A stretch of 32,000 nucleotides of DNA from the NCBI RefSeq assembly GCF_000148385.1, contig NC_014537.1, positions 2,310,001 to 2,342,000 of the forward strand, read 5' to 3'. How positions within the stretch are numbered: the stretch's first letter is position 1; every line of letters begins with the position of its first letter. The position numbers and the translations under genes are program-made. Under the pieces are notes generated by a model. It was not told where the DNA came from. It saw only the letters and a list, made by a program, of their open reading frames with translations, and searched no databases. Of the stretch, positions 7,461-15,854 are shown piece after piece. This DNA comes from Vulcanisaeta distributa DSM 14429. Its GTDB lineage: Archaea > Thermoproteota > Thermoprotei > Thermoproteales > Thermocladiaceae.

Positions 7461-8357
7461 ATGCGGTTTGTTAGGGAGTCCATGTATAAGTTTATCAAGG
7501 ACCCTGGTGATATCAGGATCGGCGAGGTTATCAAGAGAGGTTGGGTTAGTGGTGATGTTGGTATTCTCGGTGTTCCCTGGGATGGGGCGGTAGGTACGAG
7601 ACCTGGCTCTAGGCTTGCCCCTGCCAGGGTTAGGTCCTGGCTTTACTCCTCACCCTACATCTTCAGCAATGTTTCGATTGTTGATCTCGGCGATGTTGAT
7701 GTGGTTGTTGGTGATCATAATGAGACTTGGCGTAGGGTTGAGGAGACGGTCAGTGAGGCGTTGGGGCTTGTTAGGGAGTTGATCGTCATTGGTGGCGACA
7801 GTACATCCTCCTACGCAGCGTTTAGAGGCTTGAGGAAGGCAGTTAATGATGGGTTGGCGTATGTCCTACTTGATGCTCACCCCGATGTTAGGGTCATTAC
7901 CGAGGGTCTGACGAGCGGGCAGGTCGTTAGGTGGATTAGGAGTGTTGACCCAAACGCCTATATAGCCATAATCGGCGTTAGGACTTATTCAAACGCACCA
8001 TACCTATTTGATGAGGCTAGGAAGTTAGGTATTACGGTATACACGATTGATCAGGTGGACTCCATGGGCATTAATGCTGTGGTCAGCGAGATTGTGAGTA
8101 ATACTAACAATAGGGTTGTTCACCTGAGCATTAATCTTGATGTTGTCGACCCAGCATTCGCACCCGGCGTCAATAGCCCATCACCTGGTGGCTTCACGTC
8201 AAGGGAGGTAATTAGACTTGTTCGCGAATTAAGCATTAGGTTAAGGCCCAGGGTTTTTGATATTGTTGAAGTCACACCGCCCTTTGATGTTAATGATGTG
8301 ACGAGTATGCTCGCCTCTGCGATAATAGTCAATGCCATATGGATTAGTAAGACGTGA
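7461..8357 (+). CDS. Arginase/agmatinase/formimidoylglutamase-family ureohydrolase; candidate formimidoylglutamase (hutG role) given the hut context
   Basis: Family motifs are LLDAHPD, SINLDVVDPAFAPGVNSPSPGGFTS and DIVEVTPPFD. The first motif reads IGGDSTSS rather than GGDHS. The substrate cannot be told from sequence alone. Confidence 0.75.
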   Translation: MRFVRESMYKFIKDPGDIRIGEVIKRGWVSGDVGILGVPWDGAVGTRPGSRLAPARVRSWLYSSPYIFSNVSIVDLGDVDVVVGDHNETWRRVEETVSEALGLVRELIVIGGDSTSSYAAFRGLRKAVNDGLAYVLLDAHPDVRVITEGLTSGQVVRWIRSVDPNAYIAIIGVRTYSNAPYLFDEARKLGITVYTIDQVDSMGINAVVSEIVSNTNNRVVHLSINLDVVDPAFAPGVNSPSPGGFTSREVIRLVRELSIRLRPRVFDIVEVTPPFDVNDVTSMLASAIIVNAIWISKT

Positions 8358-8410
8358 TTCGCATTGATATCAAGATATCTTAAACCTAAATAATCAGTAA
8401 TGATTAAGCT

Positions 8411-8728
8411 TTAAACTATTTGTGGACAATTTCCTATTGGTGCTATCTTCATTATTTCGTTTAAGGCATGGGCTATTTTCCATTTCTGCTCATTACTTTT
8501 CACGTTTTCATGTCTCCTACGGAGTACCTGAATGATCTGAATCCTTATATCACAATTCCTTACCACTAATGCCTTCAGGGTAGCCCACGTTATGACAACC
8601 TCATACCTCTTACCATATTGCCGTATACGGCATGGCTCACCATCAACAATATCTTCAAGCACACTCTTTAACTCGTTGTAAACGATATTTGCCTCATCTT
8701 CATCAAATGTGTAGTATATTAATTCCAT
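8411..8728 (-). CDS. Hypothetical 105-aa protein (no family recognised), second gene of the low-GC islet
   Basis: Intact ORF 32 nt downstream of 8761..10032 and co-oriented with it. It shares the same low G+C. No motif was recognised. Confidence 0.5.
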   Translation of the reverse strand: MELIYYTFDEDEANIVYNELKSVLEDIVDGEPCRIRQYGKRYEVVITWATLKALVVRNCDIRIQIIQVLRRRHENVKSNEQKWKIAHALNEIMKIAPIGNCPQIV

Positions 8729-8760
8729 CGAATTTTTAGATATAACATGTAGACTAAGTT

Positions 8761-10032
8761 CTATTCCAAAACCATTACCTTCATCTCACCAGGTCTCCAG
8801 TTTATTTCCTGCTGTGCAATTTGTCTTATCTCCACCCATTTATCTATGTTTAAGGCATCTAGAAGATCTTGCACTTCGGGCGGTAACACATTTATGATCC
8901 TTCTAGCCAATTCAATGGCATTAGAGCAACAGTAGGTTATCATGATTATGCCATGCTGATTAGGGTTAGGCTTCCAATGCCTTAATCCTATTCTACGTAA
9001 TATTGATTCCCACTTCTTATATTCTGTGGTGGAGATCATGATAAACGGTCTTTTCACTCCCCTATACTCGTAATTCTTCGCGCTCCCGTCGCCTAATATT
9101 GCCGTGAAGAGAAATTCCATTAACTGCCTATCGTTAAAGTTCTTTCTAACCATTTTAAATATGCCCTTCTTAAATGATAAGTAGTTATTAGCCCTCAACC
9201 ACCACATAATCATAATGTTATCTGCATTAATATTTACGAAGGGTATGCGTACATAAACCTCGCCCGGATAAAGCATTGCCCAAAATAATGCTTGCCAGGG
9301 CTGCGTAGTAGTCATGTATGGTCTGCCCTTGCTTATGCCCTCATCACTTACAGCAAAGCCGGCTCGTAATGCTGTGAGATCCTTAATTAAATCTTTGTAT
9401 CTCTTATTAGGTGCTAATGAACTGAAGATATTTGGCACGTTAATAATTACGCCATTAATGTTACTCAGCACTATTTTAATCGTCATTGCCCCATTAACTT
9501 TATCAATGTGGATTATAACATGTTTTCCATATATCCTAATAGTTGGCTCCAACGATTTACCAAGGATAATTTCAGCTTTACCACTTATTACGGCTTTAAT
9601 TAAATTCTGAACCTCAATACTCACGTACTTAATCCAATAATCCTTAAATTCATTAATATGGTATATTACCTTATTAATTACCGTTAATAATTTATCGATG
9701 GCATCACTATACTTATCCTTAAGTGATACAACCCTCTCCTTAATAATTTCCCATTCCTTCCTATTACCATCTATCCAATAAGCATTCCAAACTCTTAATT
9801 CTATTAAACGATTAATTGCTTCAATTAATAAGGTAATAATATCTTTAATTAGACCTGGATCTTTAACTTCTTCACCACATCTATACCTTAAACCCTTTCT
9901 TTTAATGCCATAGCAAATTCTATTCCTCCTAAGTAGCTCCTCATTTATATCACTCTTTAAAATGTTATAAGTTACTTGGTCATTAACCGCCACATCCTGG
10001 TCTGAGCAACATCTCTCATTAAAAGCCATCAC
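8761..10032 (-). CDS. Hypothetical protein with a C-terminal two-motif LAGLIDADG-like (homing-endonuclease-fold) core and an unknown N-terminal extension of about 215 aa
   Basis: Motif 2 is FLFTAILGDGSAK (aa 307-319, nt 9082-9111 verified by hand), followed by IMISTTEYKKWESILRRIGL and ITYCCSNAIELARRIINVLP. Motif 1 is the candidate LRAGFAVSDEGIS (aa 222-234), followed by the parallel MTTTQPWQALFWAMLYPGEVYV. This suggests an internal duplication like that of monomeric LAGLIDADG enzymes. Confidence 0.6.
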   Translation of the reverse strand: MMAFNERCCSDQDVAVNDQVTYNILKSDINEELLRRNRICYGIKRKGLRYRCGEEVKDPGLIKDIITLLIEAINRLIELRVWNAYWIDGNRKEWEIIKERVVSLKDKYSDAIDKLLTVINKVIYHINEFKDYWIKYVSIEVQNLIKAVISGKAEIILGKSLEPTIRIYGKHVIIHIDKVNGAMTIKIVLSNINGVIINVPNIFSSLAPNKRYKDLIKDLTALRAGFAVSDEGISKGRPYMTTTQPWQALFWAMLYPGEVYVRIPFVNINADNIMIMWWLRANNYLSFKKGIFKMVRKNFNDRQLMEFLFTAILGDGSAKNYEYRGVKRPFIMISTTEYKKWESILRRIGLRHWKPNPNQHGIIMITYCCSNAIELARRIINVLPPEVQDLLDALNIDKWVEIRQIAQQEINWRPGEMKVMVLE

Positions 10033-10140
10033 TATTATTAACCAAACTAACTTTTAAGGTACTTAAATTATAATTATAATAATTATTGTTAAAAATTAAA
10101 ATTTAGAATTTTAAAAAGAGAGATATTGCTGATAACGCAT

Positions 10141-10773
10141 TTACTTTATGTATTTCCTTAATCTATTCTCAGCTTCCTCCCAATTCAGTACATTCCAAAT
10201 AGCGTCTATGTAGCCGTTCCTGTTAGAACGATATTGGAGGTAATATGCATGTTCAAATTCATCGACTATCAGTAGGATTGGTAGCTCGGCAATGTGTTGG
10301 TTGTAGTGGTTTTCGAAGGTTGTGAATTCGAGGTTCCCGGTCTCTGGGTCGTAGTATAGTACGGTCCATCCACAGCCTGGCAGGGACCTCATGACCTCCG
10401 TGAATAATGCCTTAAACCTATCGAAGCTCCCGAATTGCTTCTTTATTAAGTCGCCGAGGTAGCCGCCTGGTGTTCCTCCGCCCTTTCCTGGTGGTGCCAT
10501 TGAGTACCAGTATAGTGTGTGGAGTTTGTGGCCGTTTACGTTGAAGAATAGACTTCTTAGTAATCCCTGTATGTCATAGCTTGTTACATCACCCTTAATT
10601 ATCTTCTCAAGTCTCTCGATTGTTGCGTTGGCACCGTTTACATAGCCCTTATGATGCCCATTATAGTGCACATCAATTACTTGACCGCTTATGTGTGGTT
10701 CAAGGGCGTTTATTGAATATGGTAGTGGCGGCAGTTCGTATCTTTTGAAGAGTGTTGCTGGGAGGCTCATCAA
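10141..10773 (-). CDS. sod: Fe/Mn superoxide dismutase
   Basis: [38 protein letters not shown] and [28 protein letters not shown] match the canonical Fe/Mn-SOD N- and C-terminal signatures, including the His/Asp metal ligands. Confidence 0.95.
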   Translation of the reverse strand: MMSLPATLFKRYELPPLPYSINALEPHISGQVIDVHYNGHHKGYVNGANATIERLEKIIKGDVTSYDIQGLLRSLFFNVNGHKLHTLYWYSMAPPGKGGGTPGGYLGDLIKKQFGSFDRFKALFTEVMRSLPGCGWTVLYYDPETGNLEFTTFENHYNQHIAELPILLIVDEFEHAYYLQYRSNRNGYIDAIWNVLNWEEAENRLRKYIK

Positions 10774-10842
10774 ACCCTTGTGCGGGTTGGACTTATTAAA
10801 TATTGTCTTTTCATTATTTTGGCTGGGGTTGGTAAAGTGCTA

Positions 10843-11838
10843 ATGGTAATTCTGTACATAATTGCTGGATTCTTCTCAGTACTTATTGGTGGTTGGCTCT
10901 TTACCAATGCGATGGAATACATAAGTCATAGGTATGGGGTTGGAGCATCCTTCGTTGGTGCTGTGCTATCACCCATCTTAACATCACTCCCTGAGCTTAT
11001 GGTCTTCCTGGTTGCTTTCCTGATTTACGGTGGTGTGTCCGGTGAGGATGTTGCCGTGGGCACGGTGATTGGAGAACCTTTTGTGGTATCTACTATTGTA
11101 TACCCAATGATCTTTATTATCGCTATCATAGGATTTTACCTGCGTTACAGGAGCGACGTGGTTCTTGAGGTCGATAAGGTATTGGTGACGCCGTTTATTG
11201 TGGTTGTAGTGTTCTTCCCCACGGTTCTCTTACCAGCCTTTATTAATTCGCTCCAGGTTAGGTTAGTAATAGCGGTTCTTTTACTTGCAATTTACCTATC
11301 GTATATCTACATAATGAGGGCTAAGCAGGGCTTAGCTATTGAGGATTATGAGGGGCTTTACGTGCTCAGGATCGTTAGGATATCAAGACTTTGGGAATGG
11401 CTTTTACTCATGATTCAGCTTGCTGTTTCCGTAGCCTTACTATTTATGGGTTCTAGGGCTATGGTTGCGGGGATAATTGAGTTGTCACGTAGTTCCATGC
11501 TTGATGTGATGGGTTTATCGATAATAATCGTGCCTACGGCTACGGTGCTGCCCGAGTCAATAACCGCGGCTATATGGACCTTGAGGGGGCGTGATACGAT
11601 GGCTGTTGCCGCGTTAATTGGTGAGAAGGTGCTTTACTCAACCGTGTACCCAGCCATAGCCCTAATCGTTACTAGGTGGTCTCTTAGTATTGAGGCTTTG
11701 ATTAGCGTTATCGTGGTTGAGGCAATATCCTCTGCAATGCTATACCACGTCGTTAGGGGGAGGCTTACCTGGGACGTGGCGGTAATGGGGCTTCTTGGTT
11801 ATGTAATTTACATACTTATCTTGATACACCGTATTTAA
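10843..11838 (+). CDS. Na+/Ca2+ exchanger (CaCA/YrbG-like) membrane protein
   Basis: There are two alpha-repeat-like segments: GASFVGAVLSPILTSLPELMVFLVA and IIVPTATVLPESITAAIWTLRG. The track ORF begins at a GTG at 10780, only 6 nt from the divergent sod start. The ATG at 10843 leaves room for both promoters. Confidence 0.75.
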   Translation: MVILYIIAGFFSVLIGGWLFTNAMEYISHRYGVGASFVGAVLSPILTSLPELMVFLVAFLIYGGVSGEDVAVGTVIGEPFVVSTIVYPMIFIIAIIGFYLRYRSDVVLEVDKVLVTPFIVVVVFFPTVLLPAFINSLQVRLVIAVLLLAIYLSYIYIMRAKQGLAIEDYEGLYVLRIVRISRLWEWLLLMIQLAVSVALLFMGSRAMVAGIIELSRSSMLDVMGLSIIIVPTATVLPESITAAIWTLRGRDTMAVAALIGEKVLYSTVYPAIALIVTRWSLSIEALISVIVVEAISSAMLYHVVRGRLTWDVAVMGLLGYVIYILILIHRI

Positions 11839-12260
11839 TGGCCATGGATTATTACCGGCCCCATCAGTAACATGTCAAGGCCCATTAGCATTAATAGTTC
11901 GAGTGGTATTAGGTTTAGGAGTATCATTAATGGTATTAACGAAACGTATTGATTAAGTAATTCCTCAAGTTCCTCGTCATTTATATTGTTTATTTTGCTG
12001 ATTATTCTTTCTGATATGCTTTTCAGCTTCTCATAGGCCTTTTGCGCCTCCTCAAGACCTGTTGGCGTTAAATCAAAGGCCTCCTTCTTAAATATAAGGC
12101 CCCTTTTAACCCTCGTAACTAACTTATCGTGCTCAAGGTACTGAAGCTCCTCGGTAACCTCCTTAATATCCCTCCTCAGGTAGTATGCTATTTCCTCAGC
12201 GGTTAATGGTCCTCTTTCCCTAATTAAGATGAGTATTTGCTCGCCTAATGATAGATTCAT
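11835..12260 (-). CDS. Winged-helix transcription-regulator-like protein with a coiled-coil middle and a Leu/Met-rich hydrophobic C-terminal tail
   Basis: The N-terminus (EQILILIRERGPLTAEEIAYYLRRDIKEVTEELQYLEHDKLVTRVKRG) reads as HTH plus wing. The C-terminus (VSLIPLMILLNLIPLELLMLMGLDMLLMGPVII) is hydrophobic and TM-like. Confidence 0.55.
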   Translation of the reverse strand: MNLSLGEQILILIRERGPLTAEEIAYYLRRDIKEVTEELQYLEHDKLVTRVKRGLIFKKEAFDLTPTGLEEAQKAYEKLKSISERIISKINNINDEELEELLNQYVSLIPLMILLNLIPLELLMLMGLDMLLMGPVIIHGH

Positions 12261-12315
12261 TACTAATCCTTAAATCTAGGACATAATAAGTCTTGCTCAC
12301 TAAAGGGAATTAGGT

Positions 12316-13290
12316 ATGCCGAGGGCTAGGCTTGGCCGTGTTTGGGTTGGGGATGGCGAGCCTGTTAGGTTGGTCGGAGTTATTAATGTCAGTCCTGAGT
12401 CCTTCTTTAAGGGTTCAGTGAGGAGGACGGTTGATGAGGCGCTTAAGGCTGCTGAAGCCATGATCTCTAGCGGCGTTGACGTAATTGATGTTGGTGGGAT
12501 GTCCACGGCGCCGTATAATAAGACCGTGATCAGCGTTGATGAGGAAGTAAGTAGGGTCGTGCCGGTGATTAAGGCCTTGAGGAGGGAGTTCCCTGAATTA
12601 ACGATATCCGTCGATACATTTAGGTCTAGAGTCGCTGAGGAGGCGTTGAACGCAGGCGCCAACGTTATTAATGACGTCACTGGATTGAAGGGTGATGGTG
12701 ATATGGCCCGCGTAATATCTAATCATGGAGCGTCCGTAATAATCATGGCAAGGGAAAGAGTACCGGGTCAGGGCGGTGACCCTGTTAGCAGGACGGTAGG
12801 CGCACTGAGGGAGAGCTTAGAAATTGCGTTGGGTAATGGCATTGATGAGGGTGGTATTGTTATTGACCCAGGTATTGGTGCATGGCCTCCACTGAGCATG
12901 GATCCAATACTTACTGGTGGTGAACCGTTAAGGGGTGATTACATACGCGGTGATAATACCTACCCGTGGTATTCCTGGGACTCGATAATTATAATGAACA
13001 TCAATAAGATAAGGAGTGAATTAAATAGGCCCGTCCTTGTTGGTATTTCGAGGAAGTCGTTCCTTGAGAGGTTAATGCGTAGGAGGGCGCCGCCTGAGGA
13101 GAGGTTATTTGCATCGGTATCTGCCGAGGCCATTGCTGTGCTCATGGGCGCTGACGCTGTTAGGACGCATAATGTTAGCGAGAGTAGGGATGCCATTAAG
13201 GTTGCTGAGGCACTTAGATTGTGCTTAAATAAGGATTCCTCTATGTGCAGTAATGAGTTAGTAAAACTCGTGGATGTAGGTAATCGTTAA
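12316..13290 (+). CDS. folP: Dihydropteroate synthase
   Basis: Signature blocks are GVINVSPESFF, DVIDVGGMSTAP, ISVDTFRSRVAEEALNAGANVINDVTGL, DPGIG, VGISRKSFL and VRTHNV. It has about 20 extra residues between the DPGIG and SRKS blocks compared with the E. coli enzyme as I recall it. Confidence 0.9.
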   Translation: MPRARLGRVWVGDGEPVRLVGVINVSPESFFKGSVRRTVDEALKAAEAMISSGVDVIDVGGMSTAPYNKTVISVDEEVSRVVPVIKALRREFPELTISVDTFRSRVAEEALNAGANVINDVTGLKGDGDMARVISNHGASVIIMARERVPGQGGDPVSRTVGALRESLEIALGNGIDEGGIVIDPGIGAWPPLSMDPILTGGEPLRGDYIRGDNTYPWYSWDSIIIMNINKIRSELNRPVLVGISRKSFLERLMRRRAPPEERLFASVSAEAIAVLMGADAVRTHNVSESRDAIKVAEALRLCLNKDSSMCSNELVKLVDVGNR

Positions 13291-13314
13291 ATTTATTGAT
13301 TAACCATAACTATC

Positions 13315-14016
13315 GTGGACAATACTGATGTTGCGAAGGAGGCTGCGGCTAAGGAGGCTCTTAAGTATGCCAGGAGTGGTTACGTCATCGGTGTTGGTAC
13401 TGGGTCCACGGCAATGGTCTTCCTTAGGGAACTTCATAGGCTAATAATTAATGGGGTCATAAATAATGTACTCTTGGTACCAACATCCACGGAGACTGAG
13501 ATTGAAATAGTGAGGTTGGGGTTGGCTAATTTATTACGTTATCCCTGGCAGGTTGATAGAATCGACGTCGCCGTTGATAGTGCAGATGAAGTTGATAGGA
13601 GGAAGAACCTAATTAAGGGTGGCGGTGCTGCCCTGACCAGGGAGAAGATAATTGACTATTGGGCTAGGGAGTTCATAGTGATCATTGATGAATCGAAGGT
13701 CTTTGATTCAATACCGAGTAAGCACCCGATACCCATTGAGGTTATACCCTTTGCCTGGTCTATAGTTAAGGCAAGACTTGAGGAGTTGGGTGGTACGGCT
13801 GAGCTTAGGTTTGGCAGTGGTAAGAGGGGGCCGGTGGTGACTGACAATGGTAATTACATAATTGATTATATGCCCAGGGCCGTAGTGAATATTGAGGATT
13901 TAGAGAGGACCATTAAGGAATTACCTGGCGTAGTTGAGGTTGGGATATTTAATGGCAGGAGGGTTTCCAGAGTAATAATTGGTAAGGCTGATGGATCGGT
14001 GATTACGATGGATTAA
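13315..14016 (+). CDS. rpiA: Ribose-5-phosphate isomerase A
   Basis: Motifs are GVGTGSTAMVFL, DSADEVD and IKGGGAALTREKI. The size is 233 aa and the start is GTG. Confidence 0.9.
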   Translation: MDNTDVAKEAAAKEALKYARSGYVIGVGTGSTAMVFLRELHRLIINGVINNVLLVPTSTETEIEIVRLGLANLLRYPWQVDRIDVAVDSADEVDRRKNLIKGGGAALTREKIIDYWAREFIVIIDESKVFDSIPSKHPIPIEVIPFAWSIVKARLEELGGTAELRFGSGKRGPVVTDNGNYIIDYMPRAVVNIEDLERTIKELPGVVEVGIFNGRRVSRVIIGKADGSVITMD

Positions 14017-15499
14017 CTCTCAGGTTAATAAGGCTTGAAAGCTCATCAATCGCACCCACCAACCTTGTTATTGCCTCATTATGCGACTGAGCCCCTGCAA
14101 CGTACTTATTAATCACATCATAAATACGGGTAGTCATCCTACCGCAATTCCTACATGCATTATTAGTGCTAGCCACCATGTAAGTATCGTAGGCTAATAT
14201 GGCTATTAATTGCGCAACTAATGAATTAATTTCGTGAAGCTTTATTGCGGAGTTAGCGCTCATGGAGTTAACATCCTCCTGAAAGCCGCTTGTTGGTATG
14301 TTCTGAACCGTGGATGGCGTTGATAATTCCCTAAGTCTCGCTGATAGGGCAGCAGCCGTGTATTGCGTTAGCATTAAGCCAACGCGCCAGGGACCATTGG
14401 CTAGATAATTACTGACGCCATTTATTTCCCTCCTAAGCAATTGCGCTACTTGTCTCTCAATTAAATTGCCAAGCACGGCTAAGGACGTATTAAGTAGGTC
14501 TGTTGATAGGGCTATGTACTGTCCGTGAAAGTGGCAGGTTGAGTAAACACTATTATTGATTATTATTGGGTTATCACTAACCGAGTTAACTTCATTTAAC
14601 ACATTGCGTAATGCCCAAGTAAGTGAATCAAGTACTGAGCCTAATACCTGGGGCATACACCTGATTGAGTATGGGTCCTGAACCCTACCACTGGTATTCA
14701 CGTTCTTACTATCATTTAGTAATTCACTCATTACCCTGGCAATCTCCGCTTCACCCCTATGCAGTTTGGTTGCGTTTGCCTCGACGCTTAACGGTGCAAT
14801 ACTCGCCCGCGAAGCCTCAATAACCAGCGCCATAACAGCCACGGCAGCCCTCAATAACTTATAAGAATCCCAAATACCCAATGAAGCCACTGCAGCACTA
14901 TAGCTAGTTCCGTTAATTAATGATAAAGCCTCCTTATAACTAAGCCTTAACTCCTCAAGACCAGCCAACTTAAGAGCCTCAGCGCTGGGCATTGCTTTAC
15001 CTTGGTATTTAACGAATCCTTTGCCCAGCAGGGTTAATGCCATGTGAGCCAATGGCGCCAAATCTCCCGAAGCGCCAACTGAGCCATACCTAGGAATTAA
15101 TGGCGTTATTTTCATGTTCAGGAAATCGATTAATCTCTCCACGACAATACCCCTAATCCCGCTGTATCCCAGAGATAATTGGTGGGCCCTAATCAACATC
15201 GTTGCCCGAACCCAATCATCAGGCGCATAATCACCAACACCCGTTGAATGATCAATGAGCATCTCTAGCGAGTACTTTGCCACATCCTCAGGATTAACAG
15301 TCACATTGTATAGGTCACCAAGTCCCGTATTAACGCCATAAATCCTTACATTACCATGAATAAGCTCCTCAAGGATCCTCCGAGACCGCTCGACCGCAAC
15401 TAAAGCATCACTACCCACCCTAACCTCCTCATAATTCCTAGAAACCCCGATTATCTCCGTTAAAGTCAAGAACTTACCCATTCCGATGCTTACGACCAT
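14003..15499 (-). CDS. hutH: Histidine ammonia-lyase
   Basis: The MIO-forming motif is GSVGASGDLAPLAHM, with flanking blocks YGVNTGLG, QDPYSIRC and SDNPI. An alternative start lies at Met7 (15481). Confidence 0.95.
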   Translation of the reverse strand: MVVSIGMGKFLTLTEIIGVSRNYEEVRVGSDALVAVERSRRILEELIHGNVRIYGVNTGLGDLYNVTVNPEDVAKYSLEMLIDHSTGVGDYAPDDWVRATMLIRAHQLSLGYSGIRGIVVERLIDFLNMKITPLIPRYGSVGASGDLAPLAHMALTLLGKGFVKYQGKAMPSAEALKLAGLEELRLSYKEALSLINGTSYSAAVASLGIWDSYKLLRAAVAVMALVIEASRASIAPLSVEANATKLHRGEAEIARVMSELLNDSKNVNTSGRVQDPYSIRCMPQVLGSVLDSLTWALRNVLNEVNSVSDNPIIINNSVYSTCHFHGQYIALSTDLLNTSLAVLGNLIERQVAQLLRREINGVSNYLANGPWRVGLMLTQYTAAALSARLRELSTPSTVQNIPTSGFQEDVNSMSANSAIKLHEINSLVAQLIAILAYDTYMVASTNNACRNCGRMTTRIYDVINKYVAGAQSHNEAITRLVGAIDELSSLINLRVNPS

Positions 15500-15854
15500 A
15501 CGTATGAAATCAAAGAATAGATCTATTAATTTATTTTCCTAAATATAGTTATTTAAAACCTTAAATAATTAATAGACCTATTACCTAACCCATCCTTAAG
15601 TCCAAACATCTACATCAACTTCATTGCTTGCTATAAATACATTAATAAAATAATTGATTTTTATATCATTATTTTTATTAATATTCATCATGTTACTTAT
15701 TTCTTTAAGTTAAATTATTTATGCAACTTTTACACTATCTTTAGTCTCTTAAATGTAAGATTTAATGCTATATAAATGCTAGTAATGATACAATATTAAA
15801 ATATATAATTACATATTATAAAATTTATAAATTGATAAAAATAATTCAGGCCGT

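Noticed and set aside
10780-10842. GTG at 10780 as the start of the exchanger gene, as in the ORF track.
   Set aside because: It would leave only 6 bp between divergent start codons (sod at 10773). The ATG at 10843 is preceded by its own A/T box (TTCATTATTTT, 10810-10820), and the first TM helix begins after it.
15500-15854. The long AT-rich spacer as a replication origin or DNA-unwinding element.
   Set aside because: No ORB-like repeats flank it and no initiator gene lies nearby. Divergent promoters explain the AT-richness adequately.
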